This document shows, one piece after another, positions 27,701 to 35,785 of a DNA stretch of 64,000 bases; position 1 is the stretch's first letter; each line of letters starts with the position of its first letter. Under the pieces are notes generated by a model that saw nothing but the letters and a program-made list of their open reading frames with translations, did no database searches and had not been told where the DNA came from. The stretch comes from Spirochaetota bacterium (GTDB lineage Bacteria; Spirochaetota; UBA4802; UBA5550): assembly GCA_016928865.1 (NCBI GenBank), contig JAFGJX010000069.1:124913-188912 (forward strand), read 5' to 3'. Position numbers and translations under genes: made by a program.

Positions 27701-28326
27701 CCTATGATATCGGCTATGGCGGACTCGATCATGTCCTCGCTTCGGGCGAAGACCTAAACATACTCGTGCTTGATACCGAGGTATACTCCAACACGGGCGG
27801 CCAGTCCTCCAAGGCCACTCCGACCGCCGCGGTGGCGAAATTCGCGGCGTCGGGCAAGCGGGTGCGTAAAAAGGACCTTGGGATGATGGCGCTTTCCTAT
27901 GGGTATGTCTACGTGGCGCAGATAGCCATGGGCGCCAACCACGCCCAGACACTCAAGGTGATTCAGGAGGCCGAGTCGTATTCCGGGCCTTCCCTCATCA
28001 TAGCCTATTCTCCCTGTATCAACCATGGCCTCAGGGCCGGCATGGGCAAATCCCAGCTCGAGGAAAAGCTCGCTGTCGAGTGCGGATACTGGCACCTGTA
28101 TCGCTACAATCCGCTCCTCGAAAAGGAAGGGAAAAACCCGTTTATCCTTGACTCCAGGGAGCCGGACTGGAGCAAGTTCCAGGATTTCCTCCAGGGCGAG
28201 GTGCGGTATACGTCGCTGAAAAAGGAATTCCCGGCCATTGCCAAGGAGATGTATGCAGCCGCGCAGGAGAACGCGCAGTGGAGATACAACACCTACCGGC
28301 GGATGGCGGGCCTGACATTCAAGTAG
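24781..28326 (+). CDS. nifJ: pyruvate:ferredoxin (flavodoxin) oxidoreductase, single-polypeptide NifJ/PFOR type
   Basis: It is 1181 aa with two ferredoxin motifs (CIQCNQCSFVCP and CTGCGNCEQTCP) and the TPP-binding motif GGDGWAYDIGYGGLDH. An AGGAGA SD precedes the start. Confidence 0.95.
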   Translation: MSQKKKMKSMDGNMAAAHVAYAFTDVATIYPITPSSPMPEYIDEWAARGLKNIFGESVRVVEMQSEAGAAGAMHGALQAGALATTFTASQGLLLMIPNMYKISGELLPGVMHVSARSLSTHALSIFGDHADVYAVRQAGFAMLASGGVQEVMDLAAVAHLAAVKSRVPFLHFFDGFRTSHEIQKIEVIDYKDLKIMLDVEALNGFRQRALNPQSPVARGTAQNPDIYFQLREASNPFYNALPDIVEDYMKGISALTGREYHPFNYYGAPDAENIIVAMGSVTETIQETVDYLVSTGEKVGLIMVRLYRPFSEKYFMKVMPKTVKRIAVLDRTKEPGANGEPLYLDVRDMLYGGASNILIVGGRYGLSSKDTTPNQIMAVYDNLKLPEPKNGFTIGIIDDVTFTSLPVKDDAPNTVPEGTFAAKFYGIGADGTVGANKNSLKIIGDNTDMYAQAYFAYDAKKSGGVTISHLRFGKKPIRSTYLVIRPDFVACHVPAYLDQYDMLQGLKKGGTFLLNSLWEAEETKRRIPDDMKKFMADNDIQLYIINATKIAEEIGLGTRTNSIMQAAFFKLANVIMYNDAVRHMKGAVDKTYGKKGDEIVKMNYAAIEQGADGLVKVEVPDEWKKIKPAKKKGRSKTTEFIKNIADPMNHLDGDNLPVSVFSEMPDGTFPQGTTAYEKRGIAVHVPEWQPDTCIQCNQCSFVCPHAVIRPFLLNEKEAAAVPAGTVLVDAKGKGLDGLKFRIQISPLDCTGCGNCEQTCPSKPKSLIMKNLEEQMVENERWQYFSSKVTYKDTLMNRNTVKGSQFAQPLFQFSGACAGCGETPYIKLITQLYGDRMMVANATGCSSIYSSSAPSTPYCVNADGCGPTYASSLFEDNAEYGYGMRVGVEQIRDRIAECAQQLLAGGAGHDLTYFLKTALQDWLEGKNDAEKSKDAAKRLVPLLEKDGSALAKEILGVKQYLAKRSNWVIGGDGWAYDIGYGGLDHVLASGEDLNILVLDTEVYSNTGGQSSKATPTAAVAKFAASGKRVRKKDLGMMALSYGYVYVAQIAMGANHAQTLKVIQEAESYSGPSLIIAYSPCINHGLRAGMGKSQLEEKLAVECGYWHLYRYNPLLEKEGKNPFILDSREPDWSKFQDFLQGEVRYTSLKKEFPAIAKEMYAAAQENAQWRYNTYRRMAGLTFK

Positions 28327-28353
28327 AGTTGTATTTGATGTGATGCAAACGCG

Positions 28354-28384
28354 GGGGCTGGTAAAACAGCCCCTTTATTTTTCC
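28354..28384 (+). terminator. rho-independent terminator after nifJ
   Basis: GGGGCTG (28354-28360), loop GTAAAA, CAGCCCC (28367-28373), followed by TTTATTTTT. Confidence 0.7.
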
Positions 28385-28483
28385 GAGAGCGAATAGCGCT
28401 TGCGCGCGGAATGCGGGTAGGATAGCATGGGGGGTGTTCGCTGGCGCGGCACGCCATGATCAATTTTTTACCAGGAGCGGGAG

Positions 28484-29593
28484 ATGGGCAAGTCGGACAT
28501 TGTATGGATTGATTTTGACACGATGGAGCGCTTCATGGCGGACGCGCTGAAAGGAGCGGGCGTGCCTGAAGAGGACGCGCGGATATGCGCGGATATACTT
28601 ATCACTTCGGACAAGCGGGGGATCGATTCGCACGGTATTAACCGGCTCAAGCCGATATATATTGACCGCATCAGGGACGGGATCCTGAATCCCGTGACCA
28701 CCATGGAGATCGTCAGGGAGGGCCCCGCGACCGCCGTGGTTGACGGGCATAACGGGATGGGCCACGTGATAGGGAAGCGGTCCATGGATATAGCCATTCG
28801 GAAGGCGCGGGAGTTCGGGCTGGGCATGGTTGCTGTCCGGAATTCGTCCCATTACGGGATAGCGGGCTATTTCACTATAATGGCCGCGAACGAGAACATG
28901 ATCGGGATAACCGGGACCAATGCGCGGCCAAGCATAGCGCCGACGTTCGGGGTCGAGAATATGCTCGGCACGAACCCCCTGGTTTTTGGCATACCGACAG
29001 ACGAGGAATTCCCCTTTGTCATCGACTGCGCCACCTCGATAACCCAGCGGGGCAAGATCGAGGTCTACGCCCGCCAGGGAAAGGAGATGCCCGAAGGCTG
29101 GGTGGTGGATGCCGATGGAAAATCTACCACGGACGCAGACAGGGCGCTGATACAGCTTGTGGACGGCACCGCGGCCCTGACCCCGCTTGGCGGAATCGGC
29201 GAGGACGGCGGCGGATATAAAGGGTACGGGTACGCGACCGTTGTCGAGATACTGAGCGCCGCGCTTCAGGCGGGGAATTTCATGAAGATGCTCACCGGCA
29301 TGAAAGACGGCACAAAGGTTCCGTACAATCTGGGACATTTTTTCATGGCGATCGACATCGCGAGCTTTATTGAAGTGGAAAGCTTCAAGAAAACCGCGGG
29401 AGACATTCTTCGGGAGCTGCGCGCATCAAAAAAGATGCCCGGAAAGGAACGCATCTACACCGCGGGCGAGAAGGAGTACCTCGCCTGGCTGGAACGAAAG
29501 GACAGGGGCGTTCCAGTGAATAAAAGCCTGCAGGACGATATAATCGCGATGCGGGAACTGTTTAATCTGAAAGGCTATGATTTTCCATTTTAG
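28484..29593 (+). CDS. Ldh2-family (malate/L-lactate/ureidoglycolate-type) NAD(P)H-dependent oxidoreductase
   Basis: GIDSHGINRL and VRNSSHYGIAGY are typical of PF02615. The substrate cannot be inferred. Confidence 0.82.
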   Translation: MGKSDIVWIDFDTMERFMADALKGAGVPEEDARICADILITSDKRGIDSHGINRLKPIYIDRIRDGILNPVTTMEIVREGPATAVVDGHNGMGHVIGKRSMDIAIRKAREFGLGMVAVRNSSHYGIAGYFTIMAANENMIGITGTNARPSIAPTFGVENMLGTNPLVFGIPTDEEFPFVIDCATSITQRGKIEVYARQGKEMPEGWVVDADGKSTTDADRALIQLVDGTAALTPLGGIGEDGGGYKGYGYATVVEILSAALQAGNFMKMLTGMKDGTKVPYNLGHFFMAIDIASFIEVESFKKTAGDILRELRASKKMPGKERIYTAGEKEYLAWLERKDRGVPVNKSLQDDIIAMRELFNLKGYDFPF

Positions 29594-29620
29594 CGGCGCC
29601 GGGAACCGGTGCCGGCCGGA

Positions 29621-30217
29621 TTATTTCGTCCAGATAATTTTATCGAAGTTATTCACGTTCTGCCCCGCGATGAATTCCTTCATGGAAATGCTGATTGCCG
29701 CCCCGGCAAGATTCGCACCTCTCATATGGGCGTAATATAATGAACCCTTCCCGGGAATCCTGGAGGGAGTGTGCCCGGGGTCCCGGTTTGACTGCAGCAG
29801 GGCGCCCCTCAGATCGGCGCCGCTCAGGTTGGCGCCGTAGCAATAGGCGTCAATTAAATTTGCATTTTTCAGAATGGCGTTGCGAAGGACGGCATTTCTC
29901 AGATTCGCGCCCCTGAAGTCTGCGCCGGACAGGTCGGCGCTGCTCAGATCGGCATATCTCAGGTCCGCGTTCACGAATCGGGCGCCGGTCAGATCGGCAA
30001 AGCTGAAATTCGCGTTGATGAGCTTCGATCGTGAAAGATCCGCTTTTGGAAGATTGCTGTTGTAGAAATCGATGCCGGAAAGGTTTTCCCCGCCCAGCCG
30101 TTTCCCGATAAGCATGGTTTTAATGCGATTGCTGCGGCAGTCAAGGAAGGGAAGGGCCAGTGCCGCGGCGGCAGCGACGAGGAGCAACAATCTATTGAAA
30201 GTGCCTGTTCCGATCAT
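29621..30217 (-). CDS. exported pentapeptide-repeat protein
   Basis: A signal-like N-terminus is followed by tandem A(D/N)LXX repeats: ADLSRSKLINANFSFADLTGARFVNADLRYADLSSADLSGADFRGANLRNAVLRNAILKNANL. Confidence 0.85.
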   Translation of the reverse strand: MIGTGTFNRLLLLVAAAAALALPFLDCRSNRIKTMLIGKRLGGENLSGIDFYNSNLPKADLSRSKLINANFSFADLTGARFVNADLRYADLSSADLSGADFRGANLRNAVLRNAILKNANLIDAYCYGANLSGADLRGALLQSNRDPGHTPSRIPGKGSLYYAHMRGANLAGAAISISMKEFIAGQNVNNFDKIIWTK

Positions 30218-30374
30218 GCTTCAATAGTAATCCCACAGAGCGCGCCAGGTCAATTACATATTTTTGGCATGAAGCGATAAATTCCCGTTATCATGTACCA
30301 TATAATTTTTTATTTTCTTGACGTATCACCGGGCGTTTGTGTACCCTCTGAGCGGATAGAATCAGGAGGTTAAC

Positions 30375-30632
30375 ATGGAAGAGACAAAGGTGGGCGTTAT
30401 CGTCAAGTTTTTCGCCAAGCCGAGCGTTGCGGCAATAGAATTGACCGATGGGTCAATCAAGGTGGGCGATACCATCCATATCCATGGCCACAGCACGGAT
30501 TTTCAGCAGCAGATCGACTCGATGCAGATCGAGCACGCGTCAGTAACCGTTGCTGAAAAAGGCGCATCCATAGGCATCAAGGTCAAGGAACGTGTCCGCG
30601 AGCATGACGTCGTGTACCTGGTGAACCAGTAG
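30375..30632 (+). CDS. small EF-Tu-domain-2-like beta-barrel protein
   Basis: This 85-aa product (VGVIVKFFAKPSVAAIELTDGSIKVGDTIHIHG .. GIKVKERVREHDVVY) resembles proteins annotated as translation elongation factor-like. AGGAGG SD is present. Confidence 0.55.
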   Translation: MEETKVGVIVKFFAKPSVAAIELTDGSIKVGDTIHIHGHSTDFQQQIDSMQIEHASVTVAEKGASIGIKVKERVREHDVVYLVNQ

Positions 30633-30821
30633 GCTGCTACCGGTCCAGCGGCTTCATCTGACCCAAATGTATCCCGGGATAATGGCCGGGAAGGGCGGTA
30701 GTATTATCATCAGCAGGGAAACGAATTTTGAAATAATCATTTTATATTGTTGTATAGTAGAATAAAGATTTGACTCACAATCAGATGACGGATTTACTTT
30801 TTGTGTGCCAGGAGGTCTATC

Positions 30822-31025
30822 ATGAATAGCGTATACAAAGTAATTGAGATTATCGGGACGAGCGATAAATCATGGGAAGACGCCGCCCGAAATGCAATAG
30901 AGACTGCATCGAAGGCCCTCAAGGATATAAGGGTCGCTGAAGTGAAAGAGATGGATATCAGCGTGGACGACAACAGGCTTATATATCGCATAAAGCTGAG
31001 AGTCTCGTTTAAATATACTGATTGA
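30822..31025 (+). CDS. dodecin-family flavin-binding protein
   Basis: MNSVYKVIEIIGTSDKSWEDAARNAIETASKALKDIRVAEVKEMD is the typical dodecin signature. ATG 30822 follows AGGAGG. Confidence 0.85.
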   Translation: MNSVYKVIEIIGTSDKSWEDAARNAIETASKALKDIRVAEVKEMDISVDDNRLIYRIKLRVSFKYTD

Positions 31026-31074
31026 AAACTGCCTCCAGCCGGTAACGATTATATACTGATTGCATGCGGGGCTC

Positions 31075-32244
31075 ATGGTACAGACTGGATTGGAACGGCT
31101 CCTGGCACGGATCGACCATGTCAGGAATAAACGGATCGGCATTATTGCCAATCATACGTCCGTGTCACGGGACCTCAGGTATGGGTGGGACCTTCTCAGC
31201 GCGAACGGCGCACAGGTAAAAAAACTTTTTTCGCCCGAGCACGGTCTTTTCGGCACCGAACAGGACCAGGTGCCTGTAATCTCGCATCCCGATTTTCCCT
31301 TCGAAATTGTAAGCCTGTACGGCAAAACCTTTGATTCCCTGGCGCCGCTGGAAGAGCATGTCCGGGATGTTGATTGCGTTCTGTTCGATATTCAGGACGT
31401 GGGCTCCCGCTATTATACCTACGTGAATACCATGGTCTACTTCATGAAGGCGATCCACGGACGCGGCATTGAGTTCATTGTTCTCGACAGGCCCAACCCG
31501 CTTGGCGGGGTACTCGTGGAAGGGCCCGTTCTCAAGAAGGGGTTCGAGTCGTTTGTGGGGGCATTGCCGGTTCCGGTGCGTCACGGGCTTACCGCGGGCG
31601 AACTGGCTCGACTCGCGAAAGATTACTTCAAGCTGGACCTGGAACTGTCCGTGATCGAGATGACGGGCTGGCGCAGGAGCATGTCGTACCACGAGACAGG
31701 CCTGCCCTGGGTTCCGCCATCTCCGAACATGCCGACGGTGGCGACCGCGCTCGTGTATCCGGGCAGCTGCCTCCTCGAGGGCACGAACGTGTCAGAGGGG
31801 AGGGGGACCACCACCCCCTTCGAGGTTGCGGGCGCCCCGGGGCTCCAGCCTTACCGGTTCGCGGATGCGCTCAACGAGTGCCACCTGCCGGGCGTGCTGT
31901 TCCGGCCGCATTACTTCAGGCCGACGTTCAACAAATTCGGCGGGCAGACGATAGGCGGCGTCGGGATCCATGTTGCCGATGCGTCCGGTTTCAGGCCGTT
32001 TTCCACCGGGGTCGCCATGGTCCGTATCCTGTATGAGATGGCGCCGGACTTCGCCTTCCTTGACGGGGTGTACGAGTTCAATTCAACCCATCCGGCATTT
32101 GACATCCTCACGGGCAGCGCTGCCATACGTGAAATGATCATCGACGGGAAGCCCTTCGAGCGGATCGCGGAAGAGTGGACAAAAGAGGACCACGTTTTTG
32201 CAGGCATAACGGAGGAATATCATCTCTATCAGGACCGCGCATGA
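31075..32244 (+). CDS. DUF1343 / NamZ-family exo-beta-N-acetylmuramidase-like protein
   Basis: The motifs RIGIIANHTSV, LFSPEHGLFG and FDIQDVGSRYYTY are present. There is no obvious signal peptide. The start is uncertain (TTG 31060 or ATG 31075). Confidence 0.78.
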   Translation: MVQTGLERLLARIDHVRNKRIGIIANHTSVSRDLRYGWDLLSANGAQVKKLFSPEHGLFGTEQDQVPVISHPDFPFEIVSLYGKTFDSLAPLEEHVRDVDCVLFDIQDVGSRYYTYVNTMVYFMKAIHGRGIEFIVLDRPNPLGGVLVEGPVLKKGFESFVGALPVPVRHGLTAGELARLAKDYFKLDLELSVIEMTGWRRSMSYHETGLPWVPPSPNMPTVATALVYPGSCLLEGTNVSEGRGTTTPFEVAGAPGLQPYRFADALNECHLPGVLFRPHYFRPTFNKFGGQTIGGVGIHVADASGFRPFSTGVAMVRILYEMAPDFAFLDGVYEFNSTHPAFDILTGSAAIREMIIDGKPFERIAEEWTKEDHVFAGITEEYHLYQDRA

Positions 32245-33662
32245 CCCTCGATATCACTGTCATCATATCCTACATGGTCCTGGTCAACATAATCGGCATC
32301 GCCTGTGCGCGGGTGGGCTCGATAAACGACTATTTCCTCGGGAGCCGCAGCATACCATGGCCTGTCGCCTGTTTTTCAATAGTCGCGACAGAGACGAGCT
32401 CGCTCACATTCATTTCCATACCGGGGCTCGCATACATCTCCAACATGGGCTTTCTCCAGGTCGCACTCGGGTATATCATCGGCCGCGTTCTGGTCGCCAC
32501 AGTCCTGCTCCCCCGCTATTTCGCCGGCAATCTTGAAACGGCGTATGAATTTTTGCAGAACCGCTTCGGTCTGCTGACCAGGCGCGTTATGGCGGTGCTT
32601 TTCCACATCACCAGGCTTCTTGCCGACTCCATCCGGCTCTTCGCCACCGCCATCCCCCTCTCCCTGCTCATGGGCTTTGACGGATACTGGCAGGCGATAT
32701 TGATAGTCGGGGCCACGACGTTTCTTTATACCCTGTACGGCGGCATACGGGCGGTGGCGATAACGGACTCGATCCAGCTGGGCGTCTATATCGTCAGCGC
32801 GGTGGCGGGCATTTTCATTATCGCGCAGATCCTTGACATGCCGGTGCTGGAGGTGTACCGCTCGGTGCCGGCTGCGGGGCGGGCGATATTTAGCACGGGC
32901 ACGGCCGCCGGGTGGAGCGGAATCTTCGGCTCGTACAATATTTTTTCCGGGGTCATCGGCGGCGCAATCCTCTCTTTCGCTTCACACGGCACGGACCACC
33001 TGATAGTGCAGCGCATCCTCGCGTGCAGGAACCTTGCCGCCGCCCGCAAGGCTATGATATGGAGCGGGATTATCGTGTTTTTCCAGTTCGGCCTCTTCCT
33101 TCTCTGGGGCCTGTTCATATACGCGATGCTCGGCGGGAAAAAATTCGATATTCCCGATACCATTATACCGTATTTTATCATAGAGCATGTGCCGTCGGGG
33201 GTCAAGGGGATCATGCTGGCCGGCATATTCGCCGCCGCGATGTCAACCATAAGCGCATCAATAAATTCGATATCCTCGTCGACGGCGATGGACATTCTCC
33301 GGCTTTCAGAAAAAAACATTCCGGCGCGGCGCAAGCTCCTGATTTCCCGGGCTATCTCGCTTGCCTGGGCGTGCGTGATGATGGGTATCGCGTTTTTACT
33401 CCAGAACAGCAGAAGCCCGCTCGTGGAGCTCGGACTGAGCATCGCGTCGATTACCTACGGAGGCATGCTTGGCATTTTTGTTCAGGGGGCGCTGTCCGAT
33501 CGATTCAGCGATCGCGCGGCGCTCGCCGGCGTGATGGCAAGCATCGCAGCGGTCCTCGCCGTTTTCCTGCTGTGCGACCTGTTCTGGCCCTGGTTTGTCC
33601 CGCTTGGATTCGGCGTGTCTCTACTGGTTGCGTCTGTGCTGAACAGGCTTATGAAAAGATAG
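32241..33662 (+). CDS. sodium:solute symporter family transporter
   Basis: It has ~13 TM helices and the SSF motif YGGIRAVAITDSIQ. The start ATG 32241 overlaps the upstream stop (ATGA). Confidence 0.85.
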   Translation: MTLDITVIISYMVLVNIIGIACARVGSINDYFLGSRSIPWPVACFSIVATETSSLTFISIPGLAYISNMGFLQVALGYIIGRVLVATVLLPRYFAGNLETAYEFLQNRFGLLTRRVMAVLFHITRLLADSIRLFATAIPLSLLMGFDGYWQAILIVGATTFLYTLYGGIRAVAITDSIQLGVYIVSAVAGIFIIAQILDMPVLEVYRSVPAAGRAIFSTGTAAGWSGIFGSYNIFSGVIGGAILSFASHGTDHLIVQRILACRNLAAARKAMIWSGIIVFFQFGLFLLWGLFIYAMLGGKKFDIPDTIIPYFIIEHVPSGVKGIMLAGIFAAAMSTISASINSISSSTAMDILRLSEKNIPARRKLLISRAISLAWACVMMGIAFLLQNSRSPLVELGLSIASITYGGMLGIFVQGALSDRFSDRAALAGVMASIAAVLAVFLLCDLFWPWFVPLGFGVSLLVASVLNRLMKR

Positions 33663-33674
33663 GCGCCGGCGCGG

Positions 33675-34634
33675 TCAATCCTTCGGCAGAACTTCAATAA
33701 TTTTCAGGGATGATTGCGACGGCTTTACGCCGCCCGCTGCCTTCGGATCGAAAAGGATTATGATCTCCGTGCGTACGTTTTTCTGGATGATGATATAGTA
33801 TTCGCCGGCGAGCTTTCTGACCAGGTCGATGCCGCGGCCTGTTTCGGAGATGTAGTCTGTCACATCTGAGCCTGACTCCGATGCCAGGATCAGGAGCTCG
33901 TTTTGCTCTATTACCCTGTTGATGCTGTCCAGCACCTTCATCTTGGTAAGAATGCCATTGTAATCGTCGATGGCGATCCCGTAGCGGTCAGCTGACCTCG
34001 CGAAGAACATGTCAACATATTCTCCGTCGCGGAGACGGACGGGGATGCGTTCCTTTTTTTCATGGGTGAGTCCGTGGGAGTGGTATACCGCGTTGATGGC
34101 AATCTCATTCAGGATGAGGCTCATGGTGTTCCTGTTTCCGACGGGGAAGCCCCATGCCTGGATCTGGTCAATGACGGCATTTATCGCGCTTTTAATCTGC
34201 CGTGAACCGGTAATGCGGATTTTCTTTGTCTCGATTGTCCCGGCAATGTAGTTGTGGATGCCGAAGACGTTTTTTTTCGCTATCAGCTTTTCGGCCAGGT
34301 TGAGGATTTCATCCTTCCTGACGGGTTTGCACAGGACGTTGCCGATACCCTGTTCGAATATCATGTCGAAGAACGTGTCGATGTTTTTTTCCGTGGTCAT
34401 GATCACGGGGATATAGGGGTAGTTGGCGGATATGTAATGATACAGGTCAAAGGCGTTATCGCCCGGCAACTCGACTTCCGATACCACCAGGTCATATTCC
34501 TCGGCGTTCAGCTTTTTCATCGTATCAAATGCCGATTCACACAGGTCAACCCGGTATCCGCTCCCGGAAAAAAGGGAGGCGATGGTGTCTTTATATTCTG
34601 AATAATCAACGATCAAAACCCTGTGCATGATCAT
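33675..34634 (-). CDS. receiver-like domain (acceptor Asp replaced by Glu) fused to an RsbW/SpoIIAB-like HATPase domain
   Basis: REC landmarks are RVLIVDYSE, DLVVSEVELPG (Glu at the phospho-acceptor position), VIMTT and CKP. The C-terminal N-box is LNEIAINAVYHS and the G-box is ETGRGIDLVRKLA. The start is at ATG 34634 or 34628. Confidence 0.72.
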   Translation of the reverse strand: MIMHRVLIVDYSEYKDTIASLFSGSGYRVDLCESAFDTMKKLNAEEYDLVVSEVELPGDNAFDLYHYISANYPYIPVIMTTEKNIDTFFDMIFEQGIGNVLCKPVRKDEILNLAEKLIAKKNVFGIHNYIAGTIETKKIRITGSRQIKSAINAVIDQIQAWGFPVGNRNTMSLILNEIAINAVYHSHGLTHEKKERIPVRLRDGEYVDMFFARSADRYGIAIDDYNGILTKMKVLDSINRVIEQNELLILASESGSDVTDYISETGRGIDLVRKLAGEYYIIIQKNVRTEIIILFDPKAAGGVKPSQSSLKIIEVLPKD

Positions 34635-34823
34635 AACCCGGACGCGTGTCAGTCCTGCATCTTCAACCCGCGCGCTTGTTAAAAGCAAGAAAAATATAAA
34701 AATGATGCAGAAAAAGCCTTGCACAATCCGAAGATATTCATGAGATACTATCTTGTAATCCGTTAATCATGCATGAAGAACCCGGATGCGGCATCCGGCA
34801 GTTCTCATGTGAGGGAGGATATA

Positions 34824-35519
34824 ATGAAAAAGGCGTTCCTGGCAGCTGCATGCATTCCGCTCATGTTGGCGATAACCACGGCGCAGAACAGGCAGGCGAA
34901 TGAGCAAAAATACAAGCTGACATCGGAGCAGCTGGATCAGGAGGGCAGGAAGCTTGACGCCCGGATCGTGTCCCTTGCCGCCAAGATGGCAGATGTTATA
35001 AAAAAATATAACATGCTCAAGGCTCCCGACATCAGAATCATTCCTTATCAGACCACTTTTGTGCAGGGATCAGACTTCATCGAGCTGACGAAATACAGTT
35101 TTGTAAAAGAAGATATCTACGAGCGGGACATCGTCGGCGTACAGAGCAAAAAAATAAAGATCTATACGAACGGACAGACCATCTCGAAGATTGAATCGGA
35201 AATTTATGATCACAATTACTGGGCGGGGAGCACGAACATCGTACGGATCATAGATCCGAGCCCGACGTCGGAGGGGACGGATGACGTTCTTTTCACGCAC
35301 GCGGTGAACGGTAAAATTTACCTTGAGAACAAAAAGCTCGGGGAAGTGAAAAACTCGACCGCCTATCCGATCCGTAACGAGCTGAAGCGTGATTTTTTCG
35401 TCCCCCACATGCAGTATTTCGCGGGCACGTTATTGTTCATAGCCGAATCCTACATGAAGGGGATGAAGGACTCCGAGGCAGGGATGATGGAATTTCTGAA
35501 AAAATCGAAAAAATATTAA
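34824..35519 (+). CDS. secreted hypothetical protein
   Basis: A GAGGGAGGA SD precedes the start. The signal peptide is MKKAFLAAACIPLMLAITTAQ. No motif is recognised. Confidence 0.6.
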   Translation: MKKAFLAAACIPLMLAITTAQNRQANEQKYKLTSEQLDQEGRKLDARIVSLAAKMADVIKKYNMLKAPDIRIIPYQTTFVQGSDFIELTKYSFVKEDIYERDIVGVQSKKIKIYTNGQTISKIESEIYDHNYWAGSTNIVRIIDPSPTSEGTDDVLFTHAVNGKIYLENKKLGEVKNSTAYPIRNELKRDFFVPHMQYFAGTLLFIAESYMKGMKDSEAGMMEFLKKSKKY

Positions 35520-35545
35520 CACTGCTTATAATGACATCGTAAAAG

Positions 35546-35569
35546 GCCGCTTGAAAAGCGGCTTTTTTT
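35546..35569 (+). terminator. rho-independent terminator
   Basis: GCCGCTT, loop GAA, AAGCGGC, followed by TTTTTTT. An A-tract upstream means it could act in both directions. Confidence 0.75.
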
Positions 35570-35785
35570 GTTATAGGGTATCCGTCCTCCTTGCATTGGA
35601 CGCATACGTTCATCATTCGGCAAATTTGAATAAAATTCTTGACACTTTCAGGGATGGGAATTTTTTATCAGAAGTTGTTGTAAACGTACGCACTGGCATG
35701 CTTCCAGGGAGGGGGAGGAGGGTACCCCTGGAGATTTACCTGCTTGCCGCTGGTCAATAAATACAAGAAGTATTGGAGATAATGC

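Noticed and set aside
29800-30070. Regular ~15-nt periodic DNA repeat that superficially resembles a short repeat array
   Set aside because: It is the coding sequence of the pentapeptide-repeat protein (A(D/N)LXX x n) on the minus strand. It is not a CRISPR array or a satellite.
30660-30730. Possible FMN (RFN) riboswitch upstream of the dodecin gene, prompted by GGGCGGTAGT
   Set aside because: Only this short string resembles the RFN core. The region is too short (~70 nt of GC-rich sequence) and lacks the other conserved RFN helices.
35706-35722. G-quadruplex in the ugd leader
   Set aside because: AGGGAGGGGGAGGAGGG provides only three runs of three or more G, so the canonical four-tract G4 motif is not met.
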